From Strigamia acuminata (lineage: Eukaryota), in the NCBI GenBank assembly GCA_949358305.1, contig OX442314.1:3968001-4032000 (forward strand): 64,000 bases of DNA. Direction: 5' to 3'. The notes below the pieces were generated by a model that was not told the DNA's origin, searched no databases, and saw only the letters and a program-made list of their open reading frames with translations. The position numbers and the translations under genes were made by a program. How positions within the stretch are numbered: position 1 is the stretch's first letter; every line of letters starts with the position of its first letter. Of the stretch, positions 12,107-23,500 are shown in pieces.

Positions 12107-13831
12107 TGACGTCACTCACAGCTGGCCTCGCCGGCCGAATAATAGAACAATTCGCACCGAGCAGCGCTCGTTTCTTATTTCGCCAATTCCTCCTCCCACA
12201 CCGCAGCCATGGACTCGGAATTTAATTCAGGGACAGCGAGTGACGTCACAAGTAGTGTCTGCTAGGTTAGGCTTAGCGAAAGCCAACGCAGGGCGACGGC
12301 GAGAGTGAGAGTCAAGGAACCCCCGACCATCACGTGAATGAACAGAAAAGGAATCGACTGCTCGCTCTGCGTGTGATCAAGGTCGGCCATCGAGCTCGGC
12401 TCAGCTCAGCTCGGCTCAGCTGTCCACGTGGAGCGGACCGGAGCGGCCAATTTGTTAGAAATGTTCGCCTGACGGGTTTCCCGAGCCGAAAAAATGCCGT
12501 CGGAAGTTAAAGGTGAGTTTTTGCTCGCCCAACCGAGTTATTTTCGGGCCGCGGGTGTAATTTTAGATGGGCGGATTGCGGGTTTTTGCGACCGCTGCGT
12601 GCACTCGGTGGCGAGAGGCGAGGAAGGGAAGGAAGGAAGGAGGAGTTTTTCCTTTTCCAGCCTATTTTCGTCCCCGCTTGGCCTCAATCGAAACCTGTTT
12701 TGTGTGCTGGGAGATCGCGATCGGCTTTTACTCACCGGCTGATGTGTCGGCTCGGGTGGTTTGAGGCTCGGGACTCGGGGTTCGCTCGGTTTGGCGACCG
12801 GGAGTCGCGCAATTAATTGAAATCGTTCAGACAGACGACATTGCAAGGGCGTGACGTAACCAAAATGGCGGCCTCCACGTGTACCGTTTCCGGGTTTTGA
12901 TAAAAGGCGTTTTGGGGGCTTTTTACGCGAGATTTATGACGGAAATTTGGGGGAATGATTTTTTTTGTTTTTTGGGGCTTTTTTTGGGTTTTTGGGCACG
13001 AGGTTATTTTGGAAATTTTTTATTTTTATTTTTTTATTTTTCGGCGAGGTCATTGCCGTGTTCTTTTAAGTTTAGAAAAGTGCAGACATGATTCAGTGAT
13101 TAAGAATTTTCGTTTTTTTTCGTGGATTTTTGGTATTTTTTAATTTTTTTTGGGGAATTTTTCGTGTCGCGGATAATTTTTTGGATTTTTTCGTGGAAAA
13201 CTTGTTCTTACGTACCAAGTTGCGACCTACTCCAACACCCTCCATGTTTTAATCCACTTTGTAATTATTTGTGTTAGTAGGCTGCCAATTTTATTTATAG
13301 ATGGAATAATCAGTTTGAGGTTGATGCAAGTTGGCGTTTGTCATGTGCGAGAAATTTCTCTCGCCTTTTATCGCGCTCTTATCTGATGTGCCCACAAAAG
13401 TGGTTTCCGCTGTTTGGAAAAAAGAAAAAAAAAATCCCCAAAAACACCACCTCGCGTCAAAAAAAAAAAAATGTTTTTCAAAATTAAAATTTTAACTCGA
13501 TTTAACAATTTAATCGCATTGTTGAATTGCCTGCGGGATTTTTTTTTTTTTTTTTTTTTATACTTGGAAAAATCGAATTTAAAACCGGTGTGCGGCGATC
13601 ATATGTTTTAAAGACTCGGTTTCAGTATTTGGCGCATGCGCACGACCGATGCCAGTTGCATCACCGTGTGAGATGCGTCTGCGTGCACGTTCGTTTCGTT
13701 TCCGCTCATGGCACGTTCATTTCGTTTGTGCGAGAATCGCAATTATCCATCGAGAGAGTAGTTTTGTCCGTGTGGTAATTAGCGGCGCCGTATTTAGTCC
13801 TGTTTAGTCAAATAGTTAGGCTGTGACGTCA
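12107..13831. promoter_or_regulatory. CpG-rich Nova promoter region with CRE palindromes (TGACGTCA at 12107, 12241 and 13824) and a YY1-like AAAATGGCGGC near 12862
   Basis: Motifs seen directly; function inferred from their position near candidate first exons. Confidence 0.4.
12494..12512 (+). CDS. Candidate alternative first coding exon B of Nova (MPSEVK)
   Basis: AAAATG start and consensus donor AAG|GTGAGT, phase 1. Confidence 0.5.
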
Positions 13832-13878
13832 TCGCCAGCCGCGTCATTCACTGCCATACATCTTCCCTTTCGACGAAG

Positions 13879-16800
13879 ATGGCTGCCGGACCAGGCGTAG
13901 TGAATGGATGTCCCGAGCCAGATATCGCCGATTCTCGAAAAAGGCCGTTGGATGGTGAAGGTGAAAGCGGTGTAACGAAACGATCTCATCACGGAGGAGG
14001 TATTATTTGACTGTGGGATGGATGGATGGCGTAGTTAGCGAGTTGCGGCTGTTGAAAGAACACCGTGATTCTTAACCCTAGTCGAGCGAGTATCGACTGT
14101 CGTGGCGAACCAACCCATCGGCCTCGCTCGTCTCAAGCAGCCGGCGATTCGCACACGGCCGCACGCAGCCCCGCGCCCGAGCACGCAGCTCCGCGCCCAT
14201 CGATGGTGCAAATTTGTGCCGGCAACAGTTCGAAATTAACGCCCAGGCGGCTTGTCATAACCCGTGTCGTCTGCATTTTCAATTCAACCCTTACACCCCC
14301 TCTTCCCCATGCATAAGTTTTGGCGTGCGCTGGTAAAACGAAGGAAGGAAAAAAAAAAAAAAAAAAAGTGTTTTTGGAAGTGATTTATTCGCTTTTTCTC
14401 GGGTTTTTGAGACGATTGAAAGTCGTTTTGTTGAAACTTTTTTTTTTTTTTTAATTTTTTTTTTTTTTTTTTCTTGAGATTGCAATATCAGTGATATTGT
14501 TTGTATCTATTTTGCTGATTCATTTTGGTTTTATTTAATTGGGATTTTGGGATCGGCGGGTGCGAATCAAGTAGTTAATTTGAGTATGCATATTTAATGT
14601 TAAACATGTTAATTCCAGCACCAGAGGCTTTGAGTGAAAGGGAAATTGGTTTGTGTCCTCGTTCCATATAAAGTCAAGCTCGTTTTTCATATTCGCAATT
14701 CGCAAGCAGTTTTTTCGTTTTCTTTTTAAATTTTTTTTTTATTTTATATATTTATATTTTTTTTTTTTTCTTTTTCCCCGACTCGACTTATTGCATAATC
14801 TTATTGTTTGTAGTTTGCAACTTCCCGTTCCCCGTCCACTAATTGAAGACGAGCAAATAAGCAAATTGATGTTTTAAAATAAAAAATAAAAATCTAAATT
14901 CATTTATTTTATTCAATAAAAAGTGAGTGTCTCTTATTGGGTTGAATTTGTCGCTGCCGGTTGTGAATTTGAATGTCTTTGACCTTTGGCTGAGGAATGC
15001 GACTCATTTCGGACCGAAGGAGGCGTCTATTTGATGCCGAATGCAACTGCAATGCAAGAAAATAATAAAAAATAATAATAAAAATTAATTTTTTAAAAAA
15101 TTTTTTTTTTTTTTTTTTTTAAATTTGTCTTAGTTGTCTTAGTTCATGTCTTACCTGAAGTAGACTTTTTCTTTTCTCCAGTAGAAGGAGCCTTACACTT
15201 GAAAATCCTGGTACCGAGCGTGGCAGCGGGCGCAATCATCGGCAAGGGCGGAGAAACCATCGCCCAGCTACAAAAAGAGACCGGGGCTCGAGTCAAGATG
15301 TCCAAAGCTAACGATTATTATCCAGGTTAGCTCTTAAGAGCCGGTTGGTATAAAGTGCGATGTCAATAATTGCATTGGAACGTCGAGAAATGCGAAACAG
15401 GGCTGGACTGCGAACAAATTTAGTACTGCGAAAGCCGTAACGAGTCCATTACGCAGGGCTGGACTGGGAACAAATTTAGTAGCGCGAAATCACGCAACGA
15501 GTCCAGCGCTGCCGAAATGCGAATAATGATTGACACATGTCGGAAATTCTACTTAAAAAAAATTTTTAAGTTAGATTTAATTAAAAAAAATTAAATTTGC
15601 AGGTACCACAGAACGGGTATGCCTCATCACGGGTAACCTGGAAGCCATCATGAGGGTGCACAATTTCATAATGGAGAAAATACGAGAGAAACCGGACCCG
15701 AACGCGAAGCCCGCCATCGACTTCGACAGCAAGCAGCCGGCGGAGCGGGAGAAACAAGTATAAATGATACGGTCGAAACTCTTTATAACGAATCGCGATA
15801 TAACGAATTATCGATATAACGAATACCTAAAAATGCCATGTTAAAAAATGTCGATTTTCCCTTGTGATTCGTTATAAAGAGTTTCGACCGAAGTGTAATG
15901 GAAATTGTAATTGGTTTGGGTGGTGTACTTGTAGGTGAAGATCTTGGTGCCAAACAGCACGGCCGGCATGATAATCGGCAAGGGCGGCAACTACATCAAG
16001 CAGATCAAGGAGGAGAGCGGCTCGTACGTGCAGATCTCGCAGAAGGCGAAGGACCAGACGCTGACGGAGCGCTGCATCACGGTGATCGGCGAGATCGAGT
16101 GCAACCGGAACGCGTGCGCCATGATCCTGACGAAGATCATGGAGGACCCGCAGAGCGGGAGCTGCCTGAACGTGTCGTACGCGGACGTGACGGGCCCCGT
16201 GGCCAACTTCAACCCGACGGGCTCGCCGTACGCCAACACGAGCCAGCACGGCTCGTCCACCGTCATCAACGGCAGCTTCAGCTCGAACGGCAGCCTGAAC
16301 AGCATGAGCCCGAGTTTGGGCCAGTTCGGCGGCGCCAACTCGCCGCTCGCCGGCCTCAACCTGAGCCTCAACCTGAACCCGATGACGCCGCTCAACCAGA
16401 TGAACCAGATGAACTTGGCGCAGGCGCAGCAACACCACCAGCAACACCAGCACCAACAACACCAGCAGCACCAGCAACAGCACCAGGGGCCCATGAACAC
16501 GGGCCAGATGCTGGAGAGCATCAAGGCGACGCTGCGCAGCAACGGCTACTCGGAGCAGGCGACGCTCGAGATCGCGGGCGCCATGAGCACGCTGACCAAC
16601 TACGGCATCCTGGGCCTCGGCCTGGGCTACGGCGCCCTCAACATGAGCGGGCAGTCGCAGTCGCAGCCGCAGCCGGGGCAGGTGCAGGTGCAGGTGCAGG
16701 GCCAGGCGCAGGGCCAGGTGGCGGGGCCCGGGCAGCAGGGGCTGTTCGGCGCGAACGGCGTGACGGCCATGGACACTTCGCCCATGCCTCTGGCGCAGGG

Positions 16801-17389
16801 GCCCGGGCCCCTCGCTTCGAGTAACGTGTTCGGGCCGATCGGGAGCGTGGCGAGCGGCAGCATGGGCTCGCCGACGGCCGGCGGGCCCGTGGTTGGGGTC
16901 GGGGTCGGGGTCGGGGTCGGAGTCGGGGTGGGCGGGCGGGGCGGCGAGCGGTACGGGGACGTGTACGACCCGTTCCGACGCAACTCGCCGTCGCTGGGCT
17001 CGCCGGGCGCCGCGAACGGGCTTCCGGTGAACAATAACTCGTTCGGGCTGGGCACGAGCCCCGGGCCGGCGATGGTGGCGCTGCGCAAGAGCCCGACGCC
17101 GAGCGACAAGTCGTCGGACACGGCCAAGATGGAGGTGGAGGTGGGCGAGAACATCGTGGGCGCGATCCTGGGCCCGGGCGGCAAGTCGCTGGTGGAGATC
17201 CAGCACTTCAGCGGAGCGAACATCCAGATCTCGAAGAAGGGCATCTTCGCGCCGGGCACGCGCAACCGCATCGTGACGATCACGGGCACGCCGAACGCCA
17301 TCAGCACGGCGCAGTATCTGATCGAGCAGCGAATCAGCGAGGAGGAGGCCAAGAGGGCCCGCCAAAACATGCTCGGAGTGATGCGCTAA
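13879..17389 (+). CDS. Nova: Nova/pasilla KH-domain RNA-binding splicing regulator, ~624 aa
   Basis: Exons 13879-13999, 15182-15325, 15603-15757 and 15935-17389 are phase-consistent GT-AG. Contains the DSRKRPL NLS-like motif and three KH domains ([24 protein letters not shown]), plus [11 protein letters not shown] and [13 protein letters not shown] as in NOVA1. Confidence 0.97.
15770..15890. mobile_element. 121-bp MITE (Tc1/mariner-pogo-like) in Nova intron 3
   Basis: 25-bp TIR CGGTCGAAACTCTTTATAACGAATC and its reverse complement; TA on the left flank only. Confidence 0.75.
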
Positions 17390-19163
17390 ATATGTAGAGG
17401 AAATGGCGTATTTGTTTCCCTCGCTCGCTTCTTCGCAAATTCTAGCTCGACCGAAAAGAAAAGAAAAGAAAAGAGAAAAAAAAGAAGCCAGCCTACCAAC
17501 CTACCTTTTGTCGGGTTTTTGTCGTTTTTGTCGTTTTCATGGATCACTGTTCTTCATAGCCACTCGATCGTTAATGCAAAATGCCTTTCTTTCTTTCTTT
17601 TTTTATTTTCTTTCCTAACCTCTATAACTTCTCTAGTCCTGAAAAAGAGAAAAGTGTCCATCATTTCTGCTCATAGTTTTTCTTTTAATTAACTGCGGAG
17701 AAATGTAGAGAAATGTTGTTTTTGACTATAAATTGAATCGGAGCCTCGGACGGACAGTAGATCTGTTAACGATTATTATTATTATTATTATTATCATTAT
17801 TATTATTATACTATATATATTTTTTTCGTGTTTTTTTTTGAAATTATGTTGTATGTTTATAATGAAGTGTCATCCGAAATTTCACTCGTTGACAAACCTA
17901 GTGTACAGAACATAGTAAATTTAACAAAGTCATTTGACAGGATGGAAAAAATGGAAAAATATTTAAATTTTTGTTTTCTTTAGGTGCATTCATTTCATAT
18001 GGTGGAAAAAGAAAAAAATAGAAATTTGTAAGAATTATTATTATTATTATTATTGTTATTTATTTAACTTTGAAAAGAAAAGAAGTGTGTGTTTATTTTG
18101 ATTTGATTTGATTTTCTTCATTTTTAACGGTTAAAATTTGAAATAATATTTTAATGAAATCTTGTTGTTACTTGATTTGATTTTCTGTTTTGATTTTTGC
18201 ATCGATATATCGACTTGTGTAGGGAGCTGCTAATTTAATTTAATTTAAATTCAATTTCTTGTTATCATGATTTATTTCGTGTGCGTGTTTTTTGTATATA
18301 TGTCACAGGCTTAACATTTGATGTAGAAAATAAGAGAAAGAAAGAAACAAATTAATTTAGTTGTCGTGTTTCATAACAGGGTCTCTCTCAATGGTGCAAG
18401 CAAAAGAATTAATTAATTAATTAATTAATGTATTTTATTCACCTTGTAAATCACGAGTTGTGGATAGAAAGAAAAGAAAATTAAGAGAATTAAGAGATTT
18501 TTTCACTCTAAAAGTTAACTCGCACTTTAAACGTCATCAAGCTTTGTATTTTGAAATTTTATATGTAAACGAGTAACGACGCGATAGATTCATTTGTTTT
18601 GGACAGAATTTGAGGGGGCAGAATTATTGTAATGCACGTTTTATTCTTTATTATAATATAATATCTGCTCATGAAATTGCTCAACAAAAAAATCCAAAAC
18701 CCACAATCCCTCATTCCCTCCCTCCCTTCCTTATGTTTTTTATTTTAATTTCTTTTATTTTTTTGAGTGCCAGGATTGACAAGTGTTTGAATATATATAA
18801 TATCAAGTTCCTGGGGTTGATTAAAAATTCTATTCTATATTCTATATTCTATGTGGACGTGCAACGAGACGTTTTGTAAACGAAAAGAAGGAAGGAAGGA
18901 AAAACTAAACATTTAACTTGTTGTGCTTGGAAAAGTGATATTGCCAAAGAATGCAAACAAAATACAACAAGAATAATAATGTCTCGATATCAACAAACAA
19001 TACGTTTATTTGCTTCATTTTGTACGTTTCTCACTCGGGCAATTTATGCATGATATAATATCAATGAATCAAATCAATCAAATTTAATAATTTCAAAGAT
19101 CGGTTTAGAAGAACGAAGACGAAAACGAAAACGAAAACGAACGAGTGTGTGCGTGTGCTTTAT

Positions 19164-19333
19164 TCATTTGCAGCCTCCCTAACTAACTAACTATCTCACA
19201 TAACTAACTTGTTCTTGTTCATTTGTCATTTCACTACTCATTTTGTCGTGTCTTATCATCCATTATACATGATCATTAAACATCATTCCGGGATTATCCG
19301 CCGATGCTTTTTCTCAAATATTCATTACATCAC
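19164..19333 (+). promoter_or_regulatory. YCAY cluster and ACTAAC motifs in the probable Nova 3' UTR
   Basis: 12 YCAY tetramers counted in 170 nt; three ACTAAC at ~19182-19208; AATAAA at ~19598. Confidence 0.55.
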
Positions 19334-19919
19334 ATTTATATTAGAAAATTATTTAGAAAATTTAGAAAGAAAGGAAAAATAAGAAAGAAATTATTTATTT
19401 TACAAGTTTCATCGTCAAACTTCATTCCAGATTAAATCGCCAGTTCAATTTTACACCTGTCCACGTTTATTTCTTATTAAATTCATTGAAATTACAAGGA
19501 GGAGAAATATTAATTCCTTCTTTCCCTTTAAAATCCTGGACTGATTGATCGATCATTTATCTGCCGACGCCAATTTGTTTCGAATTTCTTTTGAGCGAAT
19601 AAATTGTGAGTTTTATTACACGTTTTTAGTGTTTGTATAACGGCCACGCATTCTTGAGTTTACGAGAGAGAGCCGGTGAAATTTTGCATCGTTGCAATCA
19701 GCTGGCGATGTGGACACGTGGGTTTGATAGCCACACCCCCGCACAGTACCGGCACGGTTCGTCAAGGGTGGAAAATCTTTTGTTGGAGCGACGTTGCTGT
19801 CGAATTTGGTTGTTTCCGAAAAGTGAATTTGATTTTTCCAATTCGATTCGACGTGAATTAATTTATGCTATGAAGCTTATGCTTTTTTGCGGCTCGTGCG
19901 GGACTGCTTTGAATCAAAG

Positions 19920-20580
19920 ATGGCCGACTTCCGGAAAGGTGAAATGGCGGACAGTTGGGAATCGCGGGTAAAAGAAGCCGAATTGCAATACGAACTCGAA
20001 AGTCGCTTGAACAGTGTCAATTTGATCCGACAATCGGTGGTGGAATTAAGAGAAGTAACGAATAAATTGAAAGAAAACACAAAGTGTTTAGACCATTTTA
20101 AAAATTCTTTATTAATGTTGTTTCTTGCGTCGGAGATGAATAAAGAAATAAAACAAAATTAAAAATTAAAAGAACTTTCGTAGTTTAAAGTGAATTACGT
20201 TAATGTAACGTTGCATTCGATCTACATTCGATTATTGTCACCGCAGCTCTTCTAATCAATTTTTCAAATTGTCTAAAGACTTTGTGAACATCCCGCATTG
20301 AAATAATGTTTGTTTGTTGCAGGACATTAAATGGCACAAATTGGAGCAGAAATGGGTGCAACAGGTCGCCCAGGTGGGCGAGGAAATGCTCAGGTTGGTC
20401 TTGGAGTTGGACGGCGAGCAAGAAACAACGGATTTGCACGGTGAAGATCAAAGAAATGAATCCATTTAAAATGGAATTTTTGCTTAAAAATTTTATTTCG
20501 TAATTCCAGGAGTTCTGCAGCCGCTGCTCGTCCGCAGATCGGAGCTGGGAGCTCAGCTGGCAAAGCTGAAGAAATTGTAG
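19920..20580 (+). CDS. Small ~107-aa helical protein, possibly BAG-domain-like
   Basis: Phase-consistent exons 19920-20054, 20323-20440 and 20510-20580. AAGATGGC and ACTTCCGG motifs at the start. GEEMLRLVLELDG resembles BAG helix 2, judged by eye only. Confidence 0.55.
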
Positions 20581-20599
20581 ACATTTTTTCTCAAAGAAT

Positions 20600-23500
20600 C
20601 TAGATCTGGTGCCGTTTCTTTTTCTCGCCCAGCTTCATGGCACCCGACGTGTGCCGAGCGTTGCTTTTCGTAACCGGAACATCAACTGGAAATTAGAATT
20701 CGAATTAAATTTTTGAATTAACAAAAATTGTTGCAATTTGTCCCATACCGCTGTCCCACGGCTCGTCCACGTCCCAGCCGGACGATTTCGACTTGCCAAA
20801 CGCTGGTTTGTCGAGTAAATTGTCGAAGAAGGCGTCGTGTTTCGTGTCGGCTTGGACAGCCCAGTCGTACGAACTGATCGGTTTCAAATTCGAACTGACC
20901 GCGACAAATTGCGCTTCGTCCATTGGAATTTGCTAATTAAATTAAGTGAAATTAAGTTAAATAAATTAAATTACTGTATTACCAAATTACCTCAAATAGT
21001 AGCCGCGGCTACTATTCGAGGTTAACGAAACATTCGTCAATGATGATGGTTATTTGGATAGAAAATTTAAAAAAAAAAAGTGAAATTTCAATGGAAAAAA
21101 TTAAAATTTCACTTAAGTAAGTGAAATTTTAATGGAAAAAAGTGAATTTTTAATGGAAATAAGTGAAATTTCACTGAAATAATAAACTTCAATGAAAAAA
21201 GTGAAATTTTAATGGAAAAAAGCGAAATTTCAATGGAAAAAAGTGAAATTTCAATCGAAAAGTGAAATTTCAATGGAAAAAAAGGGAAATTTCAATGGAA
21301 AAAAGTGAAATTTCAATGGAAAACAAGCAGGGATTTGTAATGCAGGGAAGCATTACATATTAGACTTCTAAACCCTGTCTCTCTGTCCCTAAATAAAACA
21401 CCAAAATAAAAGAAAATAAAGTAAATAAATACAAAATAAAATTTTTGGCCAAAATAAAGCAACAACAAACATTATTAAGAATGTTGTAAACAACACATGG
21501 CAACCATTGGCTGATTCGGGGGCCAAAAAATTTTCCAGTTAAAGTCCACAGAAGTTCTGTGGAAATTAGGACATTTCGGCTGCATTTGAGTACTCAAACG
21601 CGGCCGAAATGTCCTGAAGTTTGCGTCCAAAATAACTTCGAAGCAATTTCACACACTCGGCCGCAGAAATTAGGACATTTCAGCCGCGTTTGAGTACTCG
21701 AATGCAACCGAGTGTCTAAATTCTGGAGGACTGAAAATCAAGAAAACTTAATTAGATGTTCGTTAGAATTCGCGTACACGAACGTACGGGTGACACAACA
21801 CATACGTCTAATTTGGTGTAAATTTCCCCTTCGGTCGCCGATCGTAATGCTACTTTTTTTCGACCAAATAAAAAAAAAATATATACAGGCTGGTGCAGAT
21901 TTCGATTTGGAATCGAATGAGCATAGTTTCAAAATTTATAAACCTAGTTTTGATATAGAAAATAGTATTTTACATATCGCGACGAAGATTTCATGGCTCA
22001 CGGGATCCGCCAGGTGGCGCTAGTACAATGTTACAACTTCCTGTGCAGGACGGAAGTAGTATTATTAGACGGCTAAAAGTGCACTAAAACCGGTTTATTA
22101 ATTCAACCGGAGGTCCAAGAAATCTGAAAATACCTTACAATAATAATATAAGCATGCTGAATTTAATGCCGTTGTCCGTTTTGCTCTAGCTGCTATAGTT
22201 TTTGCGGAATCGTTGACGACGGACGGACGGACGGACGGACGGACGGACAGACAGACAGAACCGTTTCATGAGACTTTCTAAACATCAGGTTTAGAAGTCT
22301 AAAAGTGAAATTTCAATCGAAAAGTGAAATTTCAATGGAAAAAAGCGAAATTTCAATGGAAAAAAGTGAAATTTCAATCGAAAAGTGAAATTTCAATGGA
22401 AAAAAAGGGAAATTTCAATGGAAAAAAGTGAAATTTCAATGGAAAAAAGTGAAATTTCAATGGAAAAAAGTGAAATTTCAATCGAAAAGTGAAATTTCAA
22501 TGGAAAAAAGGGAAATTTCAATGGAAAAAAGTGAAATTTCAATAAAAATATTGAAAACAATTGTAATAAGAGCTGCGGTAATTAATTAATTTTATACTTG
22601 AGTGCTAGACGAGACTGAGGACGAGACTGAGACCGAGACTGTCGTCTCCGCTACATCGTCGCCCCAATTTCCCGCGTCGTCCCATCCGTTTTCGGCATCG
22701 GCGTCCACATCGACTTCCGTCGCTGCAGCGGCGACGATCGTTTTGTTCTGCACAAAATCGAAAGAATAAACCGAAATAAAAATCATTCATCGAGTAATTT
22801 CTACGTCTAATTGTCCCCAGTCGTCGATCCAGTCGTCTTCGCTGTCGGAGACGGATTCGGACACGGATTCGCGTTGCGGCGACCTCTCTTTGGCCGGCGC
22901 TAAATCGCTCGTGGTTTCGCTCGTGGTTTCTTTGACGGCGACCGGTTTGGTCTTGACGGTTTTGTAGAATTTGGACGTCAACGACGTGACGGCCCATCCG
23001 GCCCAACTCGCGGCCGTGTCCACAGCGGTCGGCGACGCAATCGAATTCACTTCCGCTTCTATAAAATAAAAAATAAAAAATAAACAAAAGAATTTTTGTA
23101 TTTTTTTTATTTGGTTTTTCAATTTTCACCCATCGTGTCGGCCAGGGCGGGATTTTCGGACACTTTTTCGAGCTTGTCTAGAAACCCTTTGATCGTTTTA
23201 AACGCCTTGAGAAACGAGAAACGACGAGAAATAACGAGAAAATTGTTTTTCTAGTTGTAATAAAAACTCACTTGGTCACGAACGGATTTGTCGGGGTCGA
23301 CGCAGACGCAGGAGAGCGCGGGGATGACTTGGCGGGCGATGTCGTGCAGCGGGTAGTAGGCCTGCGTGGCGGCCAAGGCGAGGATCCCCGCGGTTTTGGC
23401 CGGCGCAAAAGGGTCCCGCATCGCCCGAGCGAACGCCGTGACGAGCACCTTTTGGCGCATTTGCGGGTGCAGGAGGTGCGCGATCTTGCCCAAGCACACG

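Noticed and set aside
15872..17370. 497-aa antisense ORF and alternative-frame ORFs over Nova
   Set aside because: Expected from high GC3 codon usage; no domain signal
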